DNA of 64,000 nt from Hormoscilla sp. (GCA_051439505.1 JBFRWI010000208.1:1-64000); one strand, 5' to 3'. Shown: positions 52,185-63,713, numbered from the stretch's first letter. Notes: a model not told the origin generated them from the letters alone. Numbers and translations: made by a program.

Positions 52185-52931
52185 TTAGGCAGTTTTTCTC
52201 ATGGCTACTTCCAAATATCGGCTTCTCGAATCCCAAGATGTTAACTTAGAGATGGCTTCCCAGTTGAGTACATCTTCTAATAAAGCTTGGTAGCCCGCAA
52301 CATTGGGATGGAGACCGTCAGCAGAAAGATGCGATCGCCTCCATGTCGGCCCCCGTTGCATCCACTTTTCAAAGATATCCAAGTAGGGAATTTGCCGTCG
52401 GGCACAAGCGAGTCGCGTCGCTTCCTTGTAACGATGCTGATCGGCCAGATTGTAGTACAAACAATCCATAAATGGCATGCGTGCTTCTTCTACGGGCACC
52501 ATCCCCACAAACAAGACGGGACAAAGTTCGGTGGCCCGATCGAGCAAACTGGAAATTTCGCGGTTAAACAGGTGAAACTCGGTGTAATGGCGTCCGTTCT
52601 GACGACTGACTCGGGCAGTATCGTTCACCCCCACAGACAGGATAATCAAGTCCGGAGTGCGGTTGCGCAGTTCCCCCCGGTGGCGAAACTCACTCTCTAA
52701 CCGCTGGTTGACTTGCTTGGCGCGATCGCCCCGCACCCCCAGATTGTAAATAACGTGACCGGCACTATCTGGGGACATCCAGCGGCGCCGCAGTCGTTCC
52801 ACCCAGCCTCCGCCTTCATGGTCCCCGAAGCCGTACACCAAGCTATCCCCCAATGCCACTATCTTCAGGGGATGACGCATCCTTAGCACTGAATGCATCT
52901 GATTGCCAGAATGAGCCGCTGACTTGTACAT
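52185..52931 (-). CDS. GDSL/SGNH family lipase/esterase
   Basis: ALGDSL, NLGVRG, GVND and DGLHP motifs. Confidence 0.92.
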   Translation of the reverse strand: MYKSAAHSGNQMHSVLRMRHPLKIVALGDSLVYGFGDHEGGGWVERLRRRWMSPDSAGHVIYNLGVRGDRAKQVNQRLESEFRHRGELRNRTPDLIILSVGVNDTARVSRQNGRHYTEFHLFNREISSLLDRATELCPVLFVGMVPVEEARMPFMDCLYYNLADQHRYKEATRLACARRQIPYLDIFEKWMQRGPTWRRSHLSADGLHPNVAGYQALLEDVLNWEAISKLTSWDSRSRYLEVAMRKTA

Positions 52932-53105
52932 GTAAATAATTGGGTTAACAACTTAACACTTCTTTACATTTATACATATTTAATCACAATCTGCAATCCG
53001 ATCGGCTCCGGGCGCCACCACTCCTCACAAATCTCCAGTACCCAATCCAGCCAAAGGGTGATAAACTATATGGACAAGCAAATTCATTCTCAAGCAGTTA
53101 ATCAT

Positions 53106-53333
53106 ATGCGCAAGCGTTCAGTCGTTGATAGCGCTGAACTGATCGCTCGGGGCTCCGAACTGATCGGTGCGGCATCCAATCGCTACCGAATTACCGTGCA
53201 AGTGGCTCGCCGCGCCCATCGTCGGCGTTATGAAGATTTTGATAGTCTGGAAGAACCCAAGACCAAGCCGGTTCTCCAGGCGATCGTCGAAATGTCTGAC
53301 GAGTTAAGCGAACCGGAAATCATTCCCGAGTGA
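53106..53333 (+). CDS. rpoZ: RNA polymerase omega subunit
   Basis: [28 protein letters not shown]. Confidence 0.93.
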   Translation: MRKRSVVDSAELIARGSELIGAASNRYRITVQVARRAHRRRYEDFDSLEEPKTKPVLQAIVEMSDELSEPEIIPE

Positions 53334-53414
53334 CCGGTGCCAGCAACCGCGTACCAGGCCATATGGCGCTACCTGTAGTCAGAATCAGGAATTGGCAAGC
53401 ATCATCGGGAAAAT

Positions 53415-54002
53415 ATGCAACGCTATACTCTCAAGAAAGGTTGGCTGTTGACAGCAGCCCTGACATTGGGGTTAACTTTTGTCGAAATTGGTCAATACGA
53501 TAGTTTCGGACAGTCTCGGGCCGCAGCACAAGTGCGGATCAGACCCAGTCAGGTTTGGCGTGTAGTATATGAAAAATTACCAGAATTGCCCAAAGAGAAT
53601 CACTATGTCAACAGGGAAACGGGTGAGGTGGATAGGGATAATACCTTGATCCGACGCTTGCTCCGATATCATATATTCGTGAAAAGTCGCCCCCCTCAAT
53701 ATCGATTAGATTGGAAGCTGACTCTGGCTGATTATTTGGATGCAAATGAAGTTATTAGTGAATCGATATATCCCGGCCATGACCTGTTACGCGAAAACCC
53801 GAGGGATGGAGATCGCTCTGCGATCGCTCGCTTAAATAGACAACAGCGAGATGCTTTGGTCGAAGTGTTGGCGAGCATATATAATCCCAATTACCAGAGA
53901 AAGCCAATCCCCAGGCGATCGCCAGCACCAGAACCGGCAGATGTTCCGTCTCGACCGCCAGTTCAGCCTCAACCAGGAGACGCCCAACTGTTAATGCCTT
54001 AG
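53415..54002 (+). CDS. Conserved cyanobacterial hypothetical protein
   Basis: LPKENHY and RLDWKLTLADYL motifs. Confidence 0.8.
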   Translation: MQRYTLKKGWLLTAALTLGLTFVEIGQYDSFGQSRAAAQVRIRPSQVWRVVYEKLPELPKENHYVNRETGEVDRDNTLIRRLLRYHIFVKSRPPQYRLDWKLTLADYLDANEVISESIYPGHDLLRENPRDGDRSAIARLNRQQRDALVEVLASIYNPNYQRKPIPRRSPAPEPADVPSRPPVQPQPGDAQLLMP

Positions 54003-54005
54003 TTG

Positions 54006-54293
54006 TCAGAGTTGGTTTGTAACGGCTGCTGATTCTAGCTCAATGGACAAGTCTATTAGCAATCTGACATGGTTGAGCGTGGCAGCAATATCCCCTTTGG
54101 CGACGATACAACCATAGCGGGGAATAGAGTCGAGGGGATGTTGCCATTGCATCCACAGCTGTCCTTTGATGGTCTTGGTGGTGATTAACCAGCCTCTATA
54201 TCGACATTGTGGTAACCCGATGTCAATGGGAGCAAATGTAGAAGATCGCATGGCTGTATAGGATGTATTAGATAGCAACATCATCACTGTCAT
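54006..54293 (-). CDS. Hypothetical protein
   Basis: YRGWLI..LWMQWQHP..LIDLSIELE; start uncertain. Confidence 0.55.
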   Translation of the reverse strand: MTVMMLLSNTSYTAMRSSTFAPIDIGLPQCRYRGWLITTKTIKGQLWMQWQHPLDSIPRYGCIVAKGDIAATLNHVRLLIDLSIELESAAVTNQL

Positions 54294-54534
54294 AAAACTC
54301 GATATATCGATCTTCCCTTGAAAATATGTGGCTAGTGGTGATTGAACTGAGGGCGCAAGGGTGATATTTCTGAGGAATAGAGGTGAGCAGAAAATGAATC
54401 CCTGGTGATAAACCGTAAGCAAGCTGGGTGAGTGCAGTCACAAGATCCCTAAGCTCGACTCAGTTCAACCGGTAGTTGCCCAAAGTAGCAGTCCGATCCT
54501 AAAGGGCAATCACTAGCATGGGGAAGCGGAATCT

Positions 54535-54900
54535 ATGGAACGTATAATCAAGAGTGGCACCGGTTGGCGCATCGGTAGAAATAGTGAAGCATCCGAACAT
54601 CAGGGTTTATTGGGTGGCGATAACTGGGCCTGCGAACTGACTCAGGCGGAATGGCAGGACTTTTGCCGGTTGCTGTCCGAACTGTCCGCAAGCATGAACC
54701 AGATGGCAGATATGCTGATGGAGTCCGAGAAAATCACCTGCGAAGCTCAAAGCGATTTACTCTGGATGGAGGTCTCTGGCTATCCTGATGCCTACAGTCT
54801 TCACTTTATCTTGCAGGCGGGACGCCGGTGCGAGGGAGAGTGGTCGCCGTCAGTGGTGCCAGATTTAATTCGAGAAATTCAGAAAATTAATGTTTTTTAA
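54535..54900 (+). CDS. DUF1818 family protein
   Basis: KSGTGWRIG, GGDNWACELT and GRRCEGEW motifs. Confidence 0.85.
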   Translation: MERIIKSGTGWRIGRNSEASEHQGLLGGDNWACELTQAEWQDFCRLLSELSASMNQMADMLMESEKITCEAQSDLLWMEVSGYPDAYSLHFILQAGRRCEGEWSPSVVPDLIREIQKINVF

Positions 54901-54951
54901 TCGCGATCGCTCTTTAGGATGTGTTAGTATGTGTTAGGATGAGAAAGAGGT

Positions 54952-55025
54952 CGGGGCGTAGCGCAGCTTGGTAGCGCACCACTTTGGGGTAGTGGGGGTC
55001 GTGGGTTCAAATCCCGCCGCTCCGA
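54952..55025 (+). tRNA. tRNA-Pro(GGG)
   Basis: CGGGGCGTAGCGCAGCTTGGTAGCGCACCACTTTGGGGTAGTGGGGGTCGTGGGTTCAAATCCCGCCGCTCCGA. Confidence 0.95.
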
Positions 55026-55047
55026 TAGTCGTGTATAACCGGTGATT

Positions 55048-55080
55048 AAGTCCGCCGATCGCAAGATTGGCGGACTTTTT
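55048..55080 (+). terminator. Rho-independent terminator after tRNA-Pro
   Basis: AAGTCCGCCGATC-GCAA-GATTGGCGGACTT followed by a T run. Confidence 0.8.
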
Positions 55081-55125
55081 GGCGATCTGCTATAGTGCGA
55101 TCGCATCACTGACCGCAAATTAGCT

Positions 55126-56910
55126 ATGCTCAATCGTTTCAAAAACGGCACTCTGATCCTGGCCAGCATCATCTTGCTGTTGCTATCGGTTCTGCTGATT
55201 AATATCGGACATCAGGTACTGGTACTTACTCCCATGCAATCATCTCAACTCTTAACGGACCCGTTTCTGCAACTGCCGGCAGAGACTAGCGTGCGGGTAG
55301 TTTGGTTCACTGAGTTTCCAGGTGTTGACCACCGAGTGGCCTATGGTGAAGGGTTCTCGCGCACTGCCATTGCCAGCACCGTCAAGCTGAGTAGGGCCCG
55401 GGAAGACCAAAAATCCCGCGTGGGAAATCAAACTACCGAAGGTCAGATTTACCAAAATACTACAGGGCGAAATATCTGGCGTCACGAAGCTGAGGTCGCC
55501 GGTTTGAAGAGGGGCACTAGAATTCCCTATCGCGTTACCAGCGTGCGGGCAAATGGCGAAGTTGTCCGGTCTCGGGTCTTTACCCTGGCCCCCCAACCCA
55601 CACCGGGAATGCCGGTGAAGATTCTCCTGACCTCCGATCACCAACTCAAACCCATGACCCCTGCTAATCTTCAGAAGGTAGTTGCAACTGTGGGGCGAGT
55701 AGACGCGGTGTTCTTCGCTGGCGACTTGGTTAATATTCCCGATCGGGCCTCGGAGTGGTTCGATGACAACCGAGGTAATGCTTTCTTTCCCTCTCTCCAG
55801 GGTCGCGCTAATTATTCCTTGGAGAAAAATGGGGTCGCTACTACTTATACTGGGGGTGAGTTGATCCAACACGCACCTCTATTTCCCGCCATTGGCAACC
55901 ATGAAGTGATGGGTCGCTTTGACAGTGATAGCAGTTTAAATGACCAGTATAATGATAGCTATCCCCGCGCTGCTGCTGCCCAAATAGCCCAGGAATTAAA
56001 TATTACAGTGAGTAAAGATTGGTTGCAAGATAATAGCTTTAATACCGATAGCTACGAAGAGATTTTTACCTTACCCCAGAATATTCCCGGCAGGGAGAAA
56101 TACTACGCTGTCACCTTTGGGGACATTCGCTTGGTGGTGCCTTACATTACTAATATGTGGCGTCCCCCCAGTCTGGGTAAGCATGCTAAGGGCAGGTTTC
56201 GCGAGTCCGATCGGGATTTGCAAAATCCCGTGAATTGGGGTTACGGACAGCATATCTTTGAACCGATAAAAAAGGGAAGTACCCAGTATAATTGGCTGAA
56301 ACACGAACTGGAAAGTCCGGAGTTTCGGCAGGCGAAGTTAAAAATTGTTATGTTTCATCACCCGCCCCATTCTCTGGGTGACAATGTCGTGCCTGCTTAC
56401 ACCGACCCCGTCCAGGCGATCGCGCGTGATGCTGCTGGCAATATCCAAGCCGTGCGTTACGAATATCCCAAGGAAGCAGATTACATTATCCGGGATGTCA
56501 TGCCTCTGTTAGAATCATCTGGGGTGCAGTTAGTTTTATTCGGTCATTCCCATCTGTGGAATCGCTTTGTAAGTCCCAGCGGCATGCATTTCCTGGAAAC
56601 TTCTAATGTTGGCAATAGTTACGGTGCTTCTTTTGGAGATAAACAGCGTTCTGTACCAGTTGGATATCGCGAGGAATATGTGGCGACGGGAGATCCTAAT
56701 GGTTTAGAACCTCTCGTGCCAACTATTGCCCCCCTCAGAGGAGAAGATGGCCAGCTTTTGCCTTATATTGCTAGTAATGATATTACGGTTTTTAGCATTT
56801 TGGATACGGGGAAGCGGGTGGTGAGTAGCTATTACTTCGATACTCGCCAACCTGACTCTGATGTGGTGAAGTTTGATGAATTTAGACTTGCTGCGAACGG
56901 CGAGCGCTAA
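55126..56910 (+). CDS. Purple acid phosphatase-like metallophosphoesterase
   Basis: TSDHQ, AGDLV, GNHE, FHHP and GHSH motifs; N-terminal hydrophobic segment. Confidence 0.9.
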   Translation: MLNRFKNGTLILASIILLLLSVLLINIGHQVLVLTPMQSSQLLTDPFLQLPAETSVRVVWFTEFPGVDHRVAYGEGFSRTAIASTVKLSRAREDQKSRVGNQTTEGQIYQNTTGRNIWRHEAEVAGLKRGTRIPYRVTSVRANGEVVRSRVFTLAPQPTPGMPVKILLTSDHQLKPMTPANLQKVVATVGRVDAVFFAGDLVNIPDRASEWFDDNRGNAFFPSLQGRANYSLEKNGVATTYTGGELIQHAPLFPAIGNHEVMGRFDSDSSLNDQYNDSYPRAAAAQIAQELNITVSKDWLQDNSFNTDSYEEIFTLPQNIPGREKYYAVTFGDIRLVVPYITNMWRPPSLGKHAKGRFRESDRDLQNPVNWGYGQHIFEPIKKGSTQYNWLKHELESPEFRQAKLKIVMFHHPPHSLGDNVVPAYTDPVQAIARDAAGNIQAVRYEYPKEADYIIRDVMPLLESSGVQLVLFGHSHLWNRFVSPSGMHFLETSNVGNSYGASFGDKQRSVPVGYREEYVATGDPNGLEPLVPTIAPLRGEDGQLLPYIASNDITVFSILDTGKRVVSSYYFDTRQPDSDVVKFDEFRLAANGER

Positions 56911-57106
56911 AGGGGGTGCATCGGGTGCATCTCAAGGCACGGGCGAAGCATTTGGATAGCACAGTTGTCAATTTATGACTTATATTGTCGCCCAAATGCT
57001 TCGCCCCTACAGATAGATTTGCTTGCGGTCAGATGCACCCTTTAGACTTGCTACGAACGGCGAGCGCTAAAGCGCTCACTACGAACGAATATAATGTGAC
57101 AAACTT

Positions 57107-59422
57107 ATGCCTCCAGCGGTCATTATCTGTTTAGCTTATATTCTCGGCTTGCTATCTACGGCGAGTCCTTGGGGAGGGTATCCAGTCCTAGCTGTGGGAA
57201 TGGTGGCAGCGGCGATCGGACGGCGATTCTGGCGCATGGGACCAAAACCTGGAATTTGGCTGGCAGCAGGACTGGTGGGATTGTTGGCAAGCTTCTATTT
57301 GCCAATGCGGGTACCCCAACCCCAGCCCCAGGATATCAGTCAGTTTGTCTTCACCCCGATGACAACTTCTGCAGAAAGACCGGTGGTGAAAATCGGGGGC
57401 AAGGTGGCCAGCAATCCCCGTCTGACCCGATCGGGACGGGCCCAATTTTGGCTTTTAGCCCGGGAATTCCACGAAATCAGCGGTTCCGTCCAACCCCTAG
57501 TGATGGGAAAAGAAGTGACAGGTAAGTTGTACGTAACCGTGCCACTTTTGCAAGCAACGGGTCTGCATCCAGGACGGACCGTAGAAGTAACGGGAATATT
57601 GTATAAACCCAAACCAGCAGCTAATCCTGGTGCCTTCGATTTTCAAGCTTACCTGGCCCGCGAGGGCTCTTTTGCTGGCATGAATGGCGATCGGGTGACG
57701 GCGAGTGAGGCACCCGCATCTTGGGGATGGTGGCAGTTGCGACAGAGAATTGTTCGCAGTCAAGTTCGCAGTTTGGGAGTTCCCGAAGGGATAGTTGTCA
57801 GTGCCATGGTCCTGGGACGGAAGGCCGTGGACTTGCCCTACGAGATCCGCGATCGCTTTATCAATGTCGGATTGGCCCACGTCCTGGCGGCCTCGGGCTT
57901 TCACGTTTCCCTACTGCTGTTTTTAGTCCTGACTCTGACCCGCCGCCTGTCGGTACAAGGACAGTTTGGCTTTGGGGTGGCTAGTTTAATTATCTATGTC
58001 GGTCTCACGGGTTTTCAACCTTCGGTGCTGCGAGCAGCGGTGATGGGGTTCGGGGCCTTATTAGCTTTGCTGACGGACCGGAAGGTTAAGCCCCTCGGTT
58101 CCCTGTTACTGGCCGCAGTTCTGTTGCTGTCCATCGAACCCCTGTGGATTTGGAATTTAGGCTTTCAGTTGAGTTTTTTGGCTACTTTAGGATTGGTAGT
58201 GACCGTGCCAGGACTTGTTAAACGCCTCGACTGGTTGCCACCCGCGATCGCTTCTCTGATCGCCGTGCCACTTGCTGCCTCAGTCTGGACATTGCCCCTA
58301 CTACTCTATAGCTTTGGCTTGGTCTCTCCCTACAGCATCTTTGTTAACATCATTACTACCCCACTCATTGGCGCGATCGCCATGGGTGGCTTCATCAGCG
58401 CCCTGGCTGCTTTAATTTGGCCTACCGCTGGCAGCGCGATCGCCTGGTTGCTGTATTACCCCACCCACTTGCTGATGCAACTGGTAGAGTTTTGCAGTCA
58501 ATTACCTGGCAATTCCTTCGCTATTGGCAATATATCCCTATTGCAGCTACTCCTACTCTACGGATTAATTGGCTTTGTGTGGCTGTTTGCCCCGAGAAAG
58601 AAAAACCAATTTATCGTGGGCACTGTCGCCATGGTTCTTGTCCTAATTATCATTCCCGCTTGGCTAACCCAGACAACTATGTTTCGCGTCACCGTGTTGG
58701 CCACCTCGGGAAAGCCCGTCTTCGTGATTCAAGACCGAGGTGAAGTTACTCTCATTAACAGCGGTGACGAATCTACCGCTATCTATACTATTGTACCCTT
58801 TCTCCAACAGCAGGGAGTTAATCACATTGATTGGGCGATCGCCACCAGTCGCATCCGCAATCATCGTAGCGGCTGGTTTCAGCTTTTCCGCAAATTTCCC
58901 ATTCCACAATTTTATGATATCTTACATTTAGATGCGGCAGCCAATCAAGTCGAATTTCGGGCCCTGCAAGAGATCGTAAGAGATCGTCGGGGCAGTTACC
59001 AGCCTTTGCCCCTGGAAAAAACCCTGCAAATTGGCTCCATATCTGTGAGATTGATCAACTTTCAACCACAGATCTTTTCCCTGAAGATTCGCGATCGGAC
59101 TTGGTTGATTTTAGGAGACATCAGACCTGCCGACCAAAATCTATTGTTGGCCGCTGGCAAGCTGCCGAAAGCAGAAGTTATTTGGTGGCCCGGCAGCAGC
59201 TTGAATAGCGATTTGCTTTCGGCTTTGCAGCCAGAAGTGGCGATCGCTTCCGCCGAAGCTATTGACGAAAACACCATCATTGAGTTGCTACGCAGCAATA
59301 CCAAACCCTATAATACTGAGAAAAATGGAGCCATCCAATGGACGCCAGAACAAGGTTTTCAAACAACTATTGATTTAGACATTACCTTTACGGATCCTGG
59401 TAAATTGCTAATGACAAATTAA
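57107..59422 (+). CDS. comEC: ComEC/Rec2 competence protein
   Basis: NPGAFDFQAYL, GLAHVLAASGFH, PSVLRA and GFQLSFLAT motifs. Confidence 0.93.
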   Translation: MPPAVIICLAYILGLLSTASPWGGYPVLAVGMVAAAIGRRFWRMGPKPGIWLAAGLVGLLASFYLPMRVPQPQPQDISQFVFTPMTTSAERPVVKIGGKVASNPRLTRSGRAQFWLLAREFHEISGSVQPLVMGKEVTGKLYVTVPLLQATGLHPGRTVEVTGILYKPKPAANPGAFDFQAYLAREGSFAGMNGDRVTASEAPASWGWWQLRQRIVRSQVRSLGVPEGIVVSAMVLGRKAVDLPYEIRDRFINVGLAHVLAASGFHVSLLLFLVLTLTRRLSVQGQFGFGVASLIIYVGLTGFQPSVLRAAVMGFGALLALLTDRKVKPLGSLLLAAVLLLSIEPLWIWNLGFQLSFLATLGLVVTVPGLVKRLDWLPPAIASLIAVPLAASVWTLPLLLYSFGLVSPYSIFVNIITTPLIGAIAMGGFISALAALIWPTAGSAIAWLLYYPTHLLMQLVEFCSQLPGNSFAIGNISLLQLLLLYGLIGFVWLFAPRKKNQFIVGTVAMVLVLIIIPAWLTQTTMFRVTVLATSGKPVFVIQDRGEVTLINSGDESTAIYTIVPFLQQQGVNHIDWAIATSRIRNHRSGWFQLFRKFPIPQFYDILHLDAAANQVEFRALQEIVRDRRGSYQPLPLEKTLQIGSISVRLINFQPQIFSLKIRDRTWLILGDIRPADQNLLLAAGKLPKAEVIWWPGSSLNSDLLSALQPEVAIASAEAIDENTIIELLRSNTKPYNTEKNGAIQWTPEQGFQTTIDLDITFTDPGKLLMTN

Positions 59423-59482
59423 TGGCTAATGGCTAATGGCTAATGGCTAATTGCTAATGGCTAATGGCTAATGGCTAATGGC
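59421..59482. repeat. Heptamer tandem repeat (TAATGGC)n
   Basis: About 9 units read directly. Confidence 0.9.
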
Positions 59483-59581
59483 GTGGGGGCATCTCAGATG
59501 CAAGCAAAGCCACGTCTTCATTCGCAAGGAAGCCTGACATCTGACCACCTTCCCATTGAAAAAACTAACATGCTCCTTATT

Positions 59582-60073
59582 TTAGATGATTTCAAATGTC
59601 ACATTGTAGGTAGACAATAAATTACAACTATCGTAGTCATTGATATTCGTATCGCTGAGTTCCAGGTTGTAAAAGTCGATCGACTCAGCAGCATCGAAAA
59701 GCGGTCCAGCGTGCCAACTGCCCAGATGTAACTTAATAAAACAATTCCCCGGAATCCGAAATGCGACAATATCCTCTACCGTAGGTTGGGCATCTGGAGT
59801 TGGGGGTGCTACCCCCATCAACCAATCGGTAGCTGCTATAGCACCCAGACATTGGGTACATTGGACATGGCGTACAATACGATGAAATCTCAGACCTCTT
59901 TGCCGCAGGCGCATGATGTAAAATCGCGGTATGCCCCGATCGAGTACCAACTGGGCATCCTCTTCATCGTAAGGTTTTCCGTCTTCAGCGGCTGAGATTA
60001 TCTGGCCGTAAGGTGCGAAATTCTCTTTTGTCGCCCACTTCGCTTGCAATTGCACTAGCTTGGATTCACTCAT
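59582..60073 (-). CDS. Ureidoglycolate lyase/hydrolase-like protein
   Basis: FAPYGQ, PRFYIM, CTQCLG, GSWHAGP and YNLELSDTN motifs. Confidence 0.85.
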   Translation of the reverse strand: MSESKLVQLQAKWATKENFAPYGQIISAAEDGKPYDEEDAQLVLDRGIPRFYIMRLRQRGLRFHRIVRHVQCTQCLGAIAATDWLMGVAPPTPDAQPTVEDIVAFRIPGNCFIKLHLGSWHAGPLFDAAESIDFYNLELSDTNINDYDSCNLLSTYNVTFEII

Positions 60074-60364
60074 AGCTCCCCTCTGTTATCTTTATGCTAC
60101 TGATATTTGATAATATTATGTCCGCTTGCACCATTGTCGATAAGCCTCCTGGCCCGCCGTGGGTTAAAACCCTAAGGCTTTTAGCTTAAGTGGGTTAAAA
60201 CCCACTGGAAGCATTGGGGTGCATCTCACCAAGGCGCTCCATCGTTCCCTGGCGGAGCCTCAAGAGCGAGCTATCGAGGCGGAGCCTCTAGTTGAGAATG
60301 GTGCAAGATATGAGTATAACCTAGTAAGCACGAAGAGTGCTGACGGAGAACCTGACTGCACAAC

Positions 60365-60751
60365 ATGGATATTATAGCTACTCTCACACAAGATTACCAG
60401 AGATTTCCAGCGGACCAGACTTACAGCATCTATGCAGCAGATGTCTATTTCCAGGATCCCCTCAACCAATTCCGAGGTGTTGCACGATACAAACAAATGA
60501 TCGGCTTCATCAGCACCTGGTTTACCAACGCTAAGATGGATCTACATGATATTTTCCTTGCAGATGACACCATTCACACTCGCTGGACTCTCAGCTGGAA
60601 TACTCCCCTACCCTGGAAACCTCGCATCTCCATCTCTGGACGCAGCGAACTACAGTTGAATCAGGCTGAATTGATTATATCCCATATTGATTACTGGGAT
60701 TGTTCCCGACTGGACGTCCTCAAACAACATTTTTTCTCCAAAACCAGATAG
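60365..60751 (+). CDS. DUF2358 (SnoaL-like) protein
   Basis: QTYSIYAADVYFQDP..WKPRISISG..HIDYW. Confidence 0.88.
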   Translation: MDIIATLTQDYQRFPADQTYSIYAADVYFQDPLNQFRGVARYKQMIGFISTWFTNAKMDLHDIFLADDTIHTRWTLSWNTPLPWKPRISISGRSELQLNQAELIISHIDYWDCSRLDVLKQHFFSKTR

Positions 60752-60785
60752 AGTAAAGAAACCTCAATAAGCTAGGGCTAAACAT

Positions 60786-61958
60786 ATGCGTGTAATCTTG
60801 ATGACCGGAAAAGGTGGGGTGGGTAAAACCTCTGTGGCAGCAGCTACAGGGTTGCGTTGTGCGGAAATTGGGTATAAAACATTGGTTCTCAGTACCGATC
60901 CCGCTCACTCCCTGGCAGATAGCTTTGATTTAGAATTGGGACATGAGGCGCGATCGGTCCGCCCCAACCTCTGGGGGGCAGAGTTGGACGCCCTGATGGA
61001 ATTGGAAGGAAATTGGGGAGCTGTTAAGCGTTATATTACGGAAGTATTGCAAGCCCGGGGATTAGATGGGGTGCAAGCGGAAGAACTTGCTATTCTCCCG
61101 GGGATGGATGAAATCTTCGGACTCGTGCGCATGAAACGTCATTACGATGAAGGCAAGTATGATGTCCTGATTATTGATTCGGCACCCACGGGCACGGCCC
61201 TGCGACTCCTGAGTATCCCGGAAGTGGGTGGTTGGTATATGAGACGTTTTTACAAGCCCCTACAGGGTATGTCTGCTGCCCTGCGACCCCTGGTTGAACC
61301 GATCTTTAAACCGATCGCGGGTTTTTCTTTGCCTAATAATGAGGTGATGGATGCTCCCTATGAATTCTACGAACAAATTGAGGATTTAGAAAAGGTCTTA
61401 ACTGATAATACTCAGACATCGGTGCGCTTAGTCACTAACCCAGAAAAGATGGTGATTAAAGAATCTTTACGGGCTCATGCCTACTTGAGTCTGTATAATG
61501 TGGCTACGGATATGGTGGTGGCTAATCGGATTATCCCCGATCAGGTGACAGACCCATTCTTCCAGCGCTGGAAGGAAAGTCAGCAGCAACACCGCCAGGA
61601 GATTCACGAAAATTTCCGTCCCTTGCCCGTGAAGGAAGTGCCCCTCTATTCTGAAGAGATGTGTGGCATGGAAGCTTTGCAAAGGTTGAAGGAAACCCTT
61701 TACGGTGATGAAGATCCGACTCAGGTATATTACAAGGAAAATACCATTAGAGTCGTGCAGGATAAGGGTAACTATAGTTTAGAACTGTACTTGCCCGGCG
61801 TGCCGAAAGAAAAAATTCAGTTAAATAAGACTGCCGATGAATTGAATATCCGCATTGGCAACCATCGTCGCAATTTGGTATTGCCTCAATCTTTGGCAGC
61901 TTTACAACCCGCTGGGGCTAAGATGGAAGATGATTATCTCAAGATTCGCTTTGCCTAA
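60786..61958 (+). CDS. ArsA/GET3 family ATPase with C-terminal alpha-crystallin-like domain
   Basis: [17 protein letters not shown] and DSAPTG motifs; [13 protein letters not shown] tail. Confidence 0.93.
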   Translation: MRVILMTGKGGVGKTSVAAATGLRCAEIGYKTLVLSTDPAHSLADSFDLELGHEARSVRPNLWGAELDALMELEGNWGAVKRYITEVLQARGLDGVQAEELAILPGMDEIFGLVRMKRHYDEGKYDVLIIDSAPTGTALRLLSIPEVGGWYMRRFYKPLQGMSAALRPLVEPIFKPIAGFSLPNNEVMDAPYEFYEQIEDLEKVLTDNTQTSVRLVTNPEKMVIKESLRAHAYLSLYNVATDMVVANRIIPDQVTDPFFQRWKESQQQHRQEIHENFRPLPVKEVPLYSEEMCGMEALQRLKETLYGDEDPTQVYYKENTIRVVQDKGNYSLELYLPGVPKEKIQLNKTADELNIRIGNHRRNLVLPQSLAALQPAGAKMEDDYLKIRFA

Positions 61959-62596
61959 AGCTAGCGATCGGGGAAATAGGGGGTGTGGTCAAAACCCGTC
62001 GATCGTAGGGGGGCTTTTAAGCCCCCCCTTCCCAAAAGCTATGCTTTACTCACATATTTCTTTACAATCTGGAAAGCCTTATGGGGCAATGGTTTCGAGG
62101 TTTATATCAAGCTTTATTGTTGACTTTTTTGTCACTATATGCATTGAGAAATTCGCTTGCGTTTATTGAGAATGAATCACGCCCCTTAGATTGGGGAAAC
62201 ACTTACTCGTTGTCAGCTTTGATAACATATGTCTTTATTTGACTCTTACTAAGTGATAAGCTGTCGCGCATTTAAATTGCTATGGCGGATCCGCCGACAT
62301 CCCTGTTCTCAGGGCTTTTCCCAATAAAGAATTGCTGAATTTTGAATTTTGAATTGTTTAGTCCCCCCCTCTCCCCCTCCCTAACAAATGTGGGCGAAAT
62401 ATGTGAGTAATGGTAAGCTTCCCAAAAGGGGGGGTTTGGGGGGGATCGGAACCAACAAATGCATGACCACACCCATGGGCCCCTCCCATGAGCGACTCTG
62501 ACCGGTAGTAGGCAGATCCGGGGTGAGGGGGTATAAAAGGTAATCAACATTGCGCCCCGGATAGACAATTATGACAAAAAGCCGCTCCCTCAAGGG

Positions 62597-62703
62597 AAAA
62601 GGTTCTGCTCTCATAGCGTCCAAGGATCTTCTCTCGGCGATCGAAGGATCTTCTCTCGGCGAGAAAAGGATCTTCTCTCATAGCGTCCAAGGATCTTTTC
62701 TCA
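62597..62703. repeat. Imperfect ~22-nt tandem repeat (AAGGATCTTCTCTC plus 8-9 nt), about 5 units
   Basis: Read directly. Confidence 0.75.
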
Positions 62704-62882
62704 TCAGGAACTCATAAGGGAAAAGCGTTCCCCGCCAATACAAGTAATGCATGACCACCATGACCACACCCGTCTATTCCGGGTGTGGTCATGCAGAGAG
62801 TTGGATCCGATCCCCCTCCCAGTCGCCGGATCCCCCCAAACCCCGGATCCCCCCTAACCCCCCTTAGAAAGGGGGGGACCGC

Positions 62883-63713
62883 TTAAAAAGGGGGGCGCAC
62901 CGGTTGCCCCCCCTTTCGCAAGGGGGGGTTTGGGGGGGATCCCGCTGCAACAAATGCATGACCACACCCGTTGTAGGGTTGTCCGAGATAAACTTCGATC
63001 ACCTGGGGGTCATTTTGCACCTCCTCAATGCTACCCTCGCACAATACTGCACCTTGATGTAACACCGTCACCTGGCGGGCAATTTTGCGGACAAATTCCA
63101 TATCATGTTCGATGACAATAATGGAATGACTTTCGGCTAAATTCAACAGCAGATTTCCCGTTTGTTCCGTTTCCTCATCAGTTAACCCCGCAACGGGTTC
63201 GTCAACTAGCAGCAAGTCCGGTGACTGTGCCACTAACATGCCTATTTCTAACCTTTGCTTTTCCCCGTGAGAAAGCAATTCTGCTTTCATTTCCGCTTTG
63301 GCAGTTAGCCCAATAGTTTTCAGCAGGTTTTTAACAGTCTTTCGTTCTGCGAAGGATGTCGGTTTGAACAGAGTCGCAAAAACATTTTGATTGCGGTTAC
63401 AGGAGAGGTCGAGATTTTCTCTGACTGTCAAGTTCAGGTAAACTCTCGGGGTCTGAAACTTGCGACCTATTCCCAAGCGGGCTATTTGATGTTCCGATAA
63501 GCGTCGGGTATTTCGGCCCTTAAATAGCACCCGTCCTGTTGTTGGTTGCACCTTCCCAGTTATCACATCGAGAAAAGTGGTTTTTCCCGCACCATTGGGA
63601 CCGATGATGACTCGCAGTTCCCCCGTATCCATGCTAAAGTTGAGTTTGTTCAGGGCCTGAAAACCATCAAAGCTAACTGTGAGGTTCTCGATTTCTAATA
63701 TTTTACTATTCAT
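62883..63713 (-). CDS. urtD: Urea ABC transporter ATP-binding protein with repeat-derived C-terminal extension
   Basis: GPNGAGKTT, GIGRKFQTP, LSHGEKQRLEIGML, DEPVAG and IEHDMEFV motifs. Confidence 0.92.
   Translation of the reverse strand: MNSKILEIENLTVSFDGFQALNKLNFSMDTGELRVIIGPNGAGKTTFLDVITGKVQPTTGRVLFKGRNTRRLSEHQIARLGIGRKFQTPRVYLNLTVRENLDLSCNRNQNVFATLFKPTSFAERKTVKNLLKTIGLTAKAEMKAELLSHGEKQRLEIGMLVAQSPDLLLVDEPVAGLTDEETEQTGNLLLNLAESHSIIVIEHDMEFVRKIARQVTVLHQGAVLCEGSIEEVQNDPQVIEVYLGQPYNGCGHAFVAAGSPPNPPLRKGGQPVRPPF

Noticed and set aside
55252..55872. Long antisense ORFs here and at 13321-13797 (alternate frame), 44980-45414 and 46389-46832
   Set aside because: They overlap well-supported genes and have no motifs
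62597..62703. Possible CRISPR array
   Set aside because: The repeat is only 14 nt, the 8-9-nt spacers recur, and there are no cas genes
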